Positions 37,971 to 50,364 of a stretch of DNA of 64,000 nucleotides are shown here, in pieces; position 1 is the stretch's first letter, and the number at the start of each line of letters is the position of its first letter. Under the pieces are notes generated by a model. The model saw only the letters and a list, made by a program, of their open reading frames with translations, ran no database searches and was not told where the DNA came from. The stretch comes from Phoronis australis. Taxonomy: Eukaryota > Animalia > Phoronida. Location: contig NMRA01000014.1 of the NCBI GenBank assembly GCA_002633005.1, positions 295,753-359,752 of the forward strand, read 5' to 3'. The translations under genes and the position numbers were made by a program.

Positions 37971-38348
37971 TTGTCATCTATGACTCTATCGATTTTTGTT
38001 GATACATAAACAAGTAAAATAAAAACCGACGAATTTGATAATCAAAACAAAATGTTATAAGCAATTTCCGCAGGCATGCTCGCAGATTATTGACGGGTAA
38101 CCGGGAGAACATGGGAGATGGGGCATTCGTATTAAAGTGTATTTTTGCTCATTTCAGAGGTACATGTGCCTATAACGGTTCACGAGGTAAATTTGAACTC
38201 CACTGACAAAAAACGCTGAAATCATTGTTTATGATTGCGAGAGTCCTTTGAGTACCCCATTCTGACATGTACGCGGTCAACAGAAATAGTAGCATAGACA
38301 GCCGTATTTTCCACATGCGGAAATTCCTTACAAACAAACCATAGTAGC

Positions 38349-38617
38349 CATACACGCACCCAAGTGGAGCACGGGGGACTCGCACGTGGCCCTCCCCCCA
38401 TTTGGCATAGTAGGCAAAACGGTCCGCAAAAAGTCAGAGAAAAACGAGACAAAGACCACTAAAAAGACAAAAAGGCAGGAATTCGGCGGGAATGCTCAAT
38501 TCATAGATTTGATGGTAAAGATGGTAAACTCAGTTTTTTCTTTGTCTCCGTTTTTAGTAAAAGGTCCGCATTCTCAAAAGTTCGAGCTCCCTATATTTTA
38601 GGCTGGGTGCGCCCATG
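38349..38617. mobile_element. MITE, CATG-type ends, 5-bp TSD
   Basis: CATACACGCACCCA...TGGGTGCGCCCATG flanked by GTAGC/GTAAC. Confidence 0.65.
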
Positions 38618-39279
38618 GTAACCATCTTCAAAAGAGATACTGTTCTTGTGGTACTATGGGAAACTGTAACATTATTTTATAGCTAACCATCGGAAATAGT
38701 CTTTTTCTGTAATTCACATATAGTGGTCTTCACGTTCTTCAAAATTAAACCCTTTTGATGGCGGTCAATCTTATTGCATTTTGATCACATTTTTTGGTTG
38801 TTTGGGTCGAATGTCTTGATACTGCTGTGTTGGGCACGAATGTACGCTAGTACGCTCCGAAAGAGCTTTGCTTTACAAATTTTCCCGATTTTTCGAAATA
38901 TATGTACGAGTGCGAATGGTTACTTGCACATTTTCAAGTGCGTTTAGACGACCTGTGCTGCAAAAGCGGAGACCCTATCAATGTTCTGGCCAGGGTCCTT
39001 AAAAGGTAAACCATGCACTGTTGGTTAATGTTCTCTTAGAATTTTCTCTCTTATCCGTATTTCGCAGTCTTTCTTTTCTCTATTGTACGCGGCCCCACGC
39101 CTATGTCGGTTGCCACGGTTTAACCCTGACGCTTGAGAATTTTTAGGGGGTCGGTGCCCCCGCTTCCTAGGGCCCTGAACTAACAGTGGGGTACGAATGA
39201 CGAGAGAAAGGTCTAAACAGAAACGGGTAGGTAACTACTGGGGTGTACAGTGTATTCACTACAGATTGTATTGAGATAG

Positions 39280-39950
39280 AACCCTTATGTCCATGTTTAG
39301 ACCTCTGGCGGAAAACTCATATCATTATAAAGCTCCTTATCATTTCTTGATAGTGTATGATTATGCCAAAAGAAAATGTAATAGATAATTTGATTCAGAA
39401 GAAAATATAATTTCCCATTCCTGGCAGGTTTATTTGTTCAATTTTAAAAACCAAGAGTGTTACCAAAATGCGAAAAAATAACAAGTTATATCCTATCAAG
39501 GCAAATATTTTGTAATATGGAACCCTCTAAGTAGCTGTGAATAATTTAGTTAGGCATACATCCAATATTATACATCTTTATATATCACTCAGACCTTTGT
39601 TGCCGTTGGATGGGCGTCGACATTTACAAAAACCCGATAAACTATATTACTCCAACGAACTATCCCAATTTGTAGATAAATGCTTTCTGAAAGTTAAAGA
39701 ACGAGCAAACTTCTACTGTGCAGCAATTAAATGTACTCTGGATAAATCATTACATAGGTTGCAGTGTAATGTTTTTCGTAGTAGTTCATAAATAACTCAC
39801 TTCTTCAGAAAACAAAAATTAGTGCTCCTGATACTTGCAGCGTATGTTACCTAAAGGAGAGACATTGGGACACATTTTTATGATAGTTATGTTACTAAAA
39901 AATGGACTCTGGAAAATAAAAATATTCATGACGAAGAGATAATGTTATTT
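39280..39950 (+). pseudogene. L1/Tx1-type LINE ORF2 C-terminal (zf-RVT) relic
   Basis: Pieces read IKCTLDKSLHRLQCNVF../NSLLQKTKISAPDTCSVC../ETLGHI(F), matching the C-x2-C...ET..H.F zinc-binding tail of L1/Tx1 ORF2. Confidence 0.55.
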
Positions 39951-40699
39951 TGAACACATGTTGCAGAGCTGTCAACATTCGAGAATTAAGAAACGGGACA
40001 GTTGATTTGAAAAGCGGGATTTTAGGATGGAAAACGCGACATCTGGACATCTGGGCCTATACCAGAACGTAAGTGTAAAATGTTCGTCGCAAAACATAAA
40101 AACGTCCCGACCGCGTTTTTTTTGTCTAACGGGAAACGTAACACCCAAAAGCGAATGGGAAAGACCGTGAGCCTCAAAAACTCATGAAACGTCCCATTTT
40201 TTCTTTTTAGTCGAAGAGACAATTTCGCGTGAGATATTACATTGTGCATATGATAAAATTTCAGTTTTGCCATGTGTCAAAAAGCGGGACATTTTTACTG
40301 TGTGGCGGGATGGTGGCAAAAATTCAAAAAGTCGGATAGAGCAATGCAGTTGGAAAGTACAACGTACGTTTTCAACAACACAAAGTATTGGATTGGATAC
40401 TTTTACAAGATAAACGTTTCATGTTTTAAATTTTATTTCACGGATACAGGTAAATACAATATATACCTTATTCATAGCTCAGAAATCGAATTAACAAAAA
40501 GTATCTCGGCAACAGGTAAACCTTGCACAAATGAATTATTATCAAAACAATAAAACAATAACAATATTTACATGCATATATACATACACTCTTAGCTACG
40601 CAACTGCATGTAGTTTTTCGGAAGTAACGTAAACACCCTTGTTAGTGTAGTCTAAACTTTTCATTGTAGAACAAACACTCAAAAACCAAATGTCACATC

Positions 40700-41142
40700 T
40701 TTCCGTAAAATACAGTAACCCAAAAAATATTAAAACACTCCTTGTTTGATAGGTTGTCGACAGTGTGTTCTAAGACTAGAGCTGAAAATACATCAGAGGC
40801 CACATTATTCCCGGCACCCAGCCAGAACCAAAGGTCGTTGTGTACTGACTCATGTTATTGTCGGGTGTGTTGACCAATTTTGCTGGGAAATCGCTGGTTG
40901 TCTGAAACTGTACATCAACAGTCTCGCTTGGTGAACGAAAATAATAAAATGAAAACGATGCTTTCAAATTGGGCTTGGCTTCACAACTATATACACGACT
41001 CGATCAAAGCTCAGTCCAGGAGACAACCGGGAATTCACAATGTAAACTCTTGCAGCAAGTCTCGGGGCGCAAGCTTTAATAATAGAATACATAGGTTAGG
41101 TGCGGGAGTTGACATTACAGGACCAGAGTTCTTTGGTTAGGC
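40700..41142. repeat. Dispersed unclassified repeat; second copy at ~57510-57893
   Basis: Shared in order: TTTGATAGGTTGTCGA..AGCTGAAAATA..GGAAATCGCT..ACTCGATCAAA..GCAAGCT.TAATAATAGAATACAT..TTGGTTAGGC. Confidence 0.7.
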
Positions 41143-41325
41143 GCTTGCTAACAAGTCATGCCGGAAACCAGCTAGGTACATGACCGTAGAAATATTCCCG
41201 ATTTGAACCATTCAGAGGCACCGGAATAGCGGAGCTGCAACGCCGCCATATTGGAAATGGGTCAGAATGTTGCATTGTGGTCGATAAACAAGTACGCCGG
41301 TGAGCGTGGGATGAACCGGCCACAG

Positions 41326-41682
41326 GGAGGTTATACGTGTTGTGTGCCTGGCTGCTATAATACCAGTTAGCGAGACAAAGAATTTAGTTATTACCTGTTT
41401 CCCAAGGATCAAGAACTGCGTTAAAAATGGGTCAGACACATCGGTAGAGTTGGTAGCAAAGACCGACTTAGTGAATTGTTTCGTACTTCGTGGCACAAAG
41501 TATGCAGCGCCCATTTTGAGGGCGGCAAGAAAACGTATCTTGGAAACTGGCCAAACATATTTCCCTTTAAAAAAAAAGTAACATATACTCCAAGACGGAG
41601 GGTATTGAAAAATAACGTGTTTTCGCTTGACCAGAACCAAGCCAACCAAAGCAATTTTGAGGATAATGCCTCTATACAATAA
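41326..41682 (+). pseudogene. THAP domain relic (complete C2CH, two in-frame stops)
   Basis: Single frame: [63 protein letters not shown]. Confidence 0.88.
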
Positions 41683-42571
41683 CCTGTTCTGGGTCGACAC
41701 ACTTAACGCACATTATGCATTAACGTGCTAAGGTAAAGTCCAGAATATTATTATTTACTTTCTACAAAATTGCGGTGCATTGCTATCAAAATTCTTTGTT
41801 AAATTACGATCATTTTTCAGAAAATTGTGCTGAAATCCCAGGTCAAAATCTCGCCGACAAATGCGTTACTGCCGGTCTCGCAATCGTCGATAGGGCTTGA
41901 ATTTTTCAAGAAGAATACAGTTTCGACTCAACAAATTACCTGAAATCCTCCTCAAGTTTTCAAAATAGCGTCTCTAAGAATTTGAAGTTATTGTGGAGTC
42001 TGGATTAACTGCAGATTAAGACCAAATCTGCGCTAGATCATAGTGTAGCCCGCAAAACGAGAAAAATCACATGTTGTTGTCACGTAACGTTTGATTTGAA
42101 GTTTGTATGCCTGTGTGAGAGTGAGCGTGCGTGTGCTTGTCATCAGAGTTCATTTGCCAGAGTAAATGCGATATAATGAGCTAGGTGTGAATTGTAAAAA
42201 AAGAAATTAACTCAAGCAGTCAAGTAGAGTGTCTTTTAATCTTTAACACTTGCTGGGCTCATCTGCCAAAAACCGCTCGAGAATTGTTTCGGTAGGACCG
42301 ATATGTCGCCGGGTGAGTGGATGCGTGACCGTAGTGTAACAGCTATTTTCCGGAAGATACGGTGTATGCGAACGAATGTGTTCACTATCACGGGTCATTT
42401 TGACTTTGAAAGCACCAATTATGATTAGTTAAATAATTTCTCTTTAAAATAATCCAAAAGTGTTCCACTGTATTAGAAACTTTCGGAAATTAGTGCTAAT
42501 ATTTATTCCTTGCCGATGCTGTTACCCGTTTCATGAACAGATATTTCCCGACTAAATGTCTTCGATGACAG

Positions 42572-45500
42572 CATAGATTATAGCATAGACTATAGTACAT
42601 GGACCGCCAACTCCGTATACTTTCAATGAACGAAATCTGTGACCTTACGCACAAGCCCTTACATGTACGTCATTATTCACTGGCGACATCTGGCTAAATT
42701 ATCTGGTGCAATTTCCGGCAAGTACGTCGTCTGCTAATCATGGTCGGCTACTATGTGGCCTGTTGTTCGGCCACACACGCGAAATGCAAAGGAAGTAGCC
42801 TCCATACCATCTGAAGACCCCATAATCGGCTGTGGGAAGAAAACCTTACTTCTTGTGTCAACGTGAATGGCAGTTGTTTCAGCAATAAGACTTTATACAT
42901 TTATTCAAGGCACTTCGAAGATGAATGTTTTTAAGAGCCTCTACTACTTAGTCTTAATCCTGTCTTCACAAATCCATTTTTGTTTTCTCAGTTTTGATGA
43001 AAACTATCTGGTAAATTTTTTGACGAAAATTATCCGCTAAATTTCTTCCAAAGGTGGTGACTCGTAAACTCTTGTCCTTACGAGGAAGTTCAGCCATAGC
43101 CTAGTGTACGAATTAACCAAATTACTCTTCGCTGGTCCTGATCAGACGGTTGGTCTCAGCAGAATGCGCACATTTGGCCAGGATTTGGATCAGCGATTTC
43201 AACACATTCACATTCGTGTACAAATAAATAGAACGCTGGTAAAACCTTTAACATGAATAAAGATTACATTAATACTTCATAAACAAGCACCTGGACCAGT
43301 CAAAATCTATCTCGCAATTCAACAGCAGGTTACATACTCATTTCATGTCGAATACATGCCGCACAAAATCTCTCGACTGCCGTCTATGAAAATGCAACCA
43401 ACTTCTTTGAAAACATGGAACAGGAACACCAGCGGGGTGTAAAGGTTGTTTTTATTCTTCAGTGTTAATTTTTTGTAAGCGGACATATGCTTTTTTAAAT
43501 TTCCGCCTTAAGTCCTAACATTTCTAAACTTAAGTCTTTCAAACGAACGTATATGACGAAAACAAAATTCTTCAACCAGATTTTTCAAGTCCTTTGCCAC
43601 CTGTAGGGTACATAATGAGCCAATCCCACTCCTAATGTAACAAAATGTGCGTAAAGGATACCAAGTATTGCCCTTCTGAAATATTACCGTATGCGCCCTA
43701 CTAATCGGCCCGGATGCTTAGAAAAATCCGCTTCATGAAGGGGGCGCTTATTATAGCCCAAAAGTGGTTGAAACCCGGTCTCCGAAACAGGTGAAATCGT
43801 AAGCTAGAATTCATCAAACTTACGCTCTGTAAAAGCAACACTTTGTATCTTATTCTTATTTGACCAATCTGTTGATACAGAAAATATCCTTATTTATGCC
43901 CATACTGATTTGACTGCAACTTGAGCTTGTTGGGTTCTATCATATGGGTTTCCATTGGGACCCACATGATGCTTACACGAATGGGCTTTATTTTACCAAG
44001 TATTTCAAATTGAGGTGAAGTATCATCACCAGTATTTCATCATTAGTATCTTTTGCCGGGTTCTCAAATTTTCAGAGACTAGGGATTGTCAGATTTGTAA
44101 GGTACAAGTGTTTCGCTGGATTTCCAGGTCTGTGGCGTTATTTATACCTGACCAAAATTAAAAAACAGACCTTGATTTAAATCAGGAGCTGCATCATACA
44201 CATTTATTAGACGTGCGCAGGCATTGCACTGATCACTTGGAACCATTTTATGGTTTATTAATATATAGTTAAACCAAGCTGAGGAGCTTGAAACCTGATT
44301 CACGGCAATTTTTGGCAGTGGTATTTTCTGAAAAATGCTCGTAAGTTGGCAACAAAGTTTGATAGCAATGCACTGCAGTTTTGTAGAAACTCTGTTCATA
44401 CAGTAGGTTAGAGATGCGTCACAGAGCGTAACTTTAATGAATTCTAGCTTACGATTTCACCTGTTTCGGAGATCGGGTTTCAACCACTTTTGGGCTATAA
44501 TAAGCGCCCCTTCCTGAAGCGGATTTTTCTAAGCACCCTGACCGCTTATTAGGACGCATACGGTAATATTTCAGAAGGGCAATACTTAGTATTCTTTATG
44601 CACGGGACCCTTTTGTTACATTAGGAGTGGGATTGGCTCATTATGTACCCTACAGGTGGCATAGGACATTACAAAACTGGTTGAAGAATTTTGTTTTCGT
44701 CATATACGTTCGTTTGAAAGGCTTTAGTTAAGCAATGTTAGGATTTAATGCGGAAATTTTAAAAACCATATGTCCGCTTACAAAAAATTTAACATTGAAG
44801 AATAAAAACAACCTTTACACCCCGCTGGTGTTCCTGTTCCATGTTTTCAAAGAAGTTGGTTGCATTTTCATAGACTGCAGTCGAGAGATTTCGTGCGGCA
44901 TATATTCGACATGAAATGAGTGTGTAACCTGCTGTTGAATTGCGAGATAGATTTTGACTGGTTCGGGTGGTTATTTATGAAGTATTAATGTAATCTTTAT
45001 TCATGTTAAAGGCTTTACCAGCGTTCTATTTATTTTTACACGAATGTGAATTTGTTGAAATCGGTGATCCAAATCCTGGCCAAATGTGCGCATTCTGCTG
45101 AGACCAACCGTCTGATCAGGGCCAGCGAAGAGTAATTTGGTTAATTCGCTCACTAGGCTATGGCTGAACTTCCTCGTAAGGACAAGAGTTTACGAGTCAC
45201 CACCTTTGGAAGAAATTTAGCGGATAATTTTCATCAAAACGAAGAAAACAAAAATGGATTTGTGAAGACAGGATTAAGTATTAAAAGCAATCATCTTCGA
45301 AGTGCCTTGAACAAATGTATAAAGTCTTATTGCTGAAACAACTGCCATTCACGTTGACACAAGGTTTTCTTCCCACAGCCAATTATGGGGTCTTCGGATG
45401 GTATGGAGGCTAATTCCTTTGCATTTCGCGTGTGTGGCCGGACAACCGGCCACACAGTAACCGAACATGATTAGCAGACGACGTACTTGCCGGAAATTGC

Positions 45501-45618
45501 ACCAGAAAATTTAGCCAGGTGTCGCCAGTGAATAATGACGTAAGGGCTTGTGCGTAAGGTCACAGATTTCGTCCATTGAAAGTATACGGAGTTGGCAGTC
45601 CATGTACTATAGTCTATG
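42572..45618. mobile_element. Foldback element: ~1.2-kb inverted arms, ~590-bp spacer, CATAG ends, 7-bp TSD (P-superfamily/Galileo-like)
   Basis: 42584-43830 is the reverse complement of 44421-45618 throughout, with scattered SNPs and indels. Termini CATAGA(T/C)TATAG / CTATAGTCTATG. ATGACAG at 42565-42571 and 45619-45625. Confidence 0.85.
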
Positions 45619-45685
45619 ATGACAGCCGGTTCATTATGCAGCGCGCGCTTTTTGGCCGCGTGCTAACACTGGTCGATTTTATTAG

Positions 45686-45945
45686 TCTTCGGTGATTCAC
45701 GGTTTTCACGTGTACAAAGAGGTTTGGATTCCTGTTGAGGCCGGAGAAGATCTGTCCCGGAAAGATACAATGCATTCCCCCTGACCGTACAAGTACGCTG
45801 CGTGTGATTTCAAAGTGCAAACCATAGTGGGGCACATCCCTCGCAAGAGCAGCAAAACTTTTGCGTTCTTTTTGAATCGCGGCGTAAGTTTGAAGTGTAT
45901 ACGGACATAACGGTCAGGCTCGTGGTCTACAAATCCAGGACTGTC
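45686..45945 (+). pseudogene. HIRAN-like domain relic of a transposon-borne ORF
   Basis: SSVIHGFHVYKEVWIPVEAGEDLS..P*PYKYAACDFKVQTIVGHIPRKSSKTFAFFLNRG matches the RG.HVYK..W....GE...D.YAV.....IVGH.PR....FL..GG pattern. Confidence 0.7.
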
Positions 45946-46485
45946 GGATCTTTCAGTTGATAAATTGGAGACGTTAGAACTGTAGGTAAGGCATTTTTCG
46001 CATGTAGTTCATGGGCTGGGCGCTTACTTTAAAGCGAAGTCTGAAAACGCGTTGGGGCACTTATTGTGGCATGGGCGCTTATTAGGGCAAATAGCTACAG
46101 AATTACATACAGCAGCGTAATTTAATACACACAATCCACACGTCGCGCAAACCAATCGGCCATTCCACACAGGTTTATCAATCCCAATAGCCTTTGCGCA
46201 CCCTAATTTCCGGACATGCGCAGTCGTTAAACGACTCGGCTGCAACTCCGCTTTTGAACAAAGGAACAGTTCAACATTAATCCAGCTAACTTGTTTGTGC
46301 ATCCGTTCAACTTTCCTTGTCTTTGGTTGAATTAGGGAAGGCAGAGAACTACATGTACACATTTTACATCCACTGATATTTGTCAATAGATTTTATCAAA
46401 TACTGTTCCTTTGGAGTGGCAACCCAAAGCACAGCAGTAACACTTTTTTGTACTGGAAGGACGAAAAGCGAAATGCAGACAAGGA

Positions 46486-48790
46486 AAACAAGAGCAACGC
46501 GGAGCGATGAAATGAGCCCACGAAGGCACCGCAAACGGTGCGCTTCTAGGGGTGTTTATTTGTATCAGATAAATGGCCAATAGATGGCACAAAATAATCC
46601 GAATCCATCCAAAAAACGGGAACTTGTCATCGCTTCTTTAAAATATGTCTTGTAATTTAGTCCCTACAGAATGTTAATAGCCACTAGTGTCATAAATTGC
46701 CAAATGTAAAGAACTGTTAGGCGTATTGGCTTGCTTTTGTCTACGTCATCGCGAGAATCACCTTTTAATTCAAACAGTTGAGAATAACACCCGTTCTATT
46801 AACAATCCTATTCAATACAACTGTTATCAGCCCCTTCTTGTATGCGCTGGGATCTCGCGGTGACGACACATGTCACGAAAAGGCAGTTTCACTTATCATT
46901 TCACGGGCTTACATTAGCGCAAATGATCTCGCGTTTTCTTATCAACTAAGGCTTTGCTATGATTATCTGGTTAGCCCAATATCTAAAGTAACCAAATTCC
47001 GTTAAAGTTAGGCTTTAATTGAAAGCTTTTTATCAAATATCATAAAACTCCGTTAATGAATTTCAGAAAATCGGAGGAAACGGAAAACATGAAATTGTCA
47101 CTGTAGGGATATGGGCAAAAAACATAACTGCCGCTCGAAAGTAGAGAATTATGACATTTAGATGGCGCTTGCTATTCGCCCTAGCCGCCATGTTCCTTTT
47201 GTCTCTAAGACCATTGTTTAATTAGCGATAAGATTCCCTCATTTGTTGTAGCCTTAGCACATCTGTAGCATTGTTAACCTATTATAATCACACGTCCCTT
47301 ATCAGCGACCTAGTATTTACCCTCTGTCTCTGTTCTTTCAGGTTACGATCATCCGTAGTTTGCTGTCAGTAAAGAAACACTTGCTAGTTATTTTCTATGA
47401 TCGTGACCGCTAATCCTCTTAAACCAGTGACTTCAAACGATGCCCACCGCCCAGTGTCCTTACCCCGGGTGCAGCTATGAACCTGCCGACAGCGAAGTAA
47501 CACTACCTGTTAAACTTCTAAAAATACACGGACACACACAGACCGCCGACGCCTGATCCTCCACCCCAACTTTCTCCGGCGGCAGCAGTCCCGCAGTCGC
47601 CGGCACCATCGACTTCGCCGGCTCCGGCGCACTCCACGCCGCCGCCACGATGTTCCCTACACGAGAAGAGGCGACCTGCGTGGGTTGGAGTTTTCTTGCC
47701 ATAGCCTCTTTCCCGTCGTTGATATCAGTCCTACCGTAGATCTATGTTCTTCCCGACTCCGGTTAGGACTTGGGGAGATAGATAATTATGACATAAAGAT
47801 GGCGCTTGCTATTCGCCCTAGCCGCCATGTTCCTTTTGTCTCTAAGTCCATTGTTTAATTAGCGGTAAGATTGTTCCCTCATTTATTGTAGCCTTAGCAC
47901 ATCGGTAGCATTGTTAACCTATTATAATCACACGTCACTTATCAGCGACCTAGTATTTACCCCCTGTCTCTGTTCTTTCAGGTTACGATCATTCGTAGTT
48001 TGCTGCCATCAATAAACAGTAAAAAATACTTGCGAGTTATTTTCTAGAAAGCACCGGAAAATCCTCGTCAACCGTCCTTTTCACACTGAGAACATATATG
48101 TCAATTGTCATAATCATACTTAAGAGTGATTTGGTTGAAAGAGGGCCAGACGCAAAAGACAGGCCAAAAAACAGTAAAAATGGCCACTAGATGGCACAAA
48201 ATATGTCAAATACATCCGAAAATAGAAACATGTCGTCGTTTCAGTAGACTGCTATTTACAAAATTGCATAATTATCTGGAGCTTGGATTAGAGAAAAAAG
48301 AGGAAAACGGAAAAAAATAAATTGCCACTAGCGGTACAACGTTTGTCGGATTCGCCTGAAAGTCGCCGCCGTTCATTGCCAACTTCATATAAATACATTT
48401 GCTAAATTTAATAAAGATCCTGCAAAGTGTTTGGAAGTTACAGCCATGCGCGTAAATAAAATCAAATTGCCACTAGGAGGCGCCACAGTAATCAAGGACA
48501 TCGGAAAATCATCGACAGCCAACCTTTTCACAGCAGGAACATACATGCCAGTTTCCACAATCATCCTTAGAGTGGCTTGGTTGAGAGAGTGGCGGACGCC
48601 AAAACAGACTTGAAACAATGGAAATGGCCATTAATTAGGTGGCGCAAATCACCTTGAATCAATCCTAAAACGAATGGATAGCGTCACCTCACTAATAGAT
48701 GCCACATTTTATGGAAATCAAGTGAGGACCTTTGAAGCTAAACGTAAAAATCTAAAATTGCCACTAGGGACACACCATTTTAAATTTTTG
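46486..48790 (+). mobile_element. Family-C Helentron/HINE-like copy with nested insertions
   Basis: Starts AAACAAGAGCAACGCGGAGCGATGAAATGAGCCCACG. Same sub-repeats as 28228-29267. Interrupted at ~46640-47040 and 47142-48046. Confidence 0.65.
47142..48046 (+). mobile_element. Miniature LTR-like element (two ~260-bp direct repeats plus 381-bp interior)
   Basis: Repeats 47142-47397 and 47779-48046. Purine run GGGGAGA immediately before the second repeat. AATAAA in the 3' repeat. TSD GAAAG (47137-47141, 48047-48051). Confidence 0.8.
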
Positions 48791-49675
48791 TGTCTTCAAT
48801 ATCTACACCATTTTGAAGTCCAATATGGCTGATATTTTGCAGCGTTTCAAAATAAAAATTCTTCAATCCATGTTACACGCATATAGGTTTTGACAATCTC
48901 ACTTCCGTTTGAGATGTACAAATACACCTACACTGTACAGTGATATTCTGGCCGCCATTATAAAATACAATTTGGCTGCAACCACGTTGATTCGTTCAGA
49001 AGTTCTTACATAAGTTCCCTGTGGCATATTGTGTAAAATCATAGATTATAGACCGTAGATTCGGAACTCCGACATTTGCTTACGTGCTAGCCAAGAGGCG
49101 ACGCCACTCTCCTAAATTTTCTGGTGCAGTTTCCGGTTAGTGGATTTTGACGGGAAATTCTGGCATCTACTTTACTGTCAAGCATAACGAAAAAAAATAT
49201 TTTCGGCATTGAAACGCCGTTCAAAGTCTTTCAATAGTAGTAGTGTTGGTATCGTGAGTACTTTTGGCAATGCTACTGGTAATTAATTACAAAATTCAAA
49301 CTTCGGTGCCGACTGACTATGTCGTCTGCTTGCCCAATAGCAGCATATTTATCGATAGTTTATGATTTATGGTTTACATAGGCCTACTGAGAAAACTACG
49401 AAGGCATGTTTGTGCACAATTCCAAGGAGTACCTGTGAATGCAAAAGATACTTATTTTATGCTTTTGGTTTAGAAAAATATTAATTTTGTTCGAATAAAA
49501 AATGCGCCTCTACAACGATTTGACTAGGTTAACCTTTGCCTTTTTATAATTCAACATTCTCAAGTGAGCAGTTCTTCTGGGAAGAGTTGAGTGGCCCTTA
49601 AAAGGGCCGTTGGCTGTAGTGTGCATGAGCCTTAGGTATAGCGTGAAATGGTTCTTAAAAGAACCGTTGAATAAT

Positions 49676-50056
49676 TCAACATAAATCACACAGTATACCG
49701 TGCTCACTCAAGTACTGAAGGTCCTCTTCATTCAAGTTTTCATCTGGGAAGGCTGGATGAAAACAGAGGAAATGACAGTATCGATGACAGTTGTAACACC
49801 TTAAATAGATATTGCCGTTCACCAACTTTGTCACGAACCCTGCATCGTTCAGTTCTTGTTCATGTATCCACAAATAATCCTGAACTGTAGGGAAAAAATG
49901 AGAGATAACACAACGAATCAAATTTCGAAAATCATCGCCTTCGTACGATTGCGTGTTGCTGTCACCAGACTGATGTTCTTCTCTAACGTCCATGTAGAAA
50001 ATCGACGTTGCAAGTGATGGAAACTTGTCTACGCTCTCGTCCTTTGTTTCTGACAT
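49676..50056 (-). CDS. Intronless 126-aa ORF with a PHD-like (C4HC3) zinc finger
   Basis: C-x2-S-x34-C-x2-C-x4-H-x2-C-x24-C-x2-C-stop. The Ser codon TCT is one change from TGT. ATG start and acidic N-terminus. Confidence 0.55.
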   Translation of the reverse strand: MSETKDESVDKFPSLATSIFYMDVREEHQSGDSNTQSYEGDDFRNLIRCVISHFFPTVQDYLWIHEQELNDAGFVTKLVNGNIYLRCYNCHRYCHFLCFHPAFPDENLNEEDLQYLSEHGILCDLC

Positions 50057-50364
50057 TTAACCCATTTTTAATAAAGGGGTGTACTGTTTTTGTCTCATGT
50101 TGATAGTGCATAGCTTTTGGTTTTAAATGTATTAATCGTGTTAAATGCATATATATATATATGAACTCGCCTCATTGAGATGCACAGCAGTTAAATTTAC
50201 TATAACACATTAAAGTTTTGAAAATATAAAGAGCAGTAACAGACTCTCTAAAAACCAGGCTTGTTTTCAAAAGGTTTGCGCCATTGGTGATCTGATTGTT
50301 TCAATCGCTTGCGGCGAGAAAATGACCCAGTTATTGTGCGCTTGTGCACTGTAGCAATGCTTTG

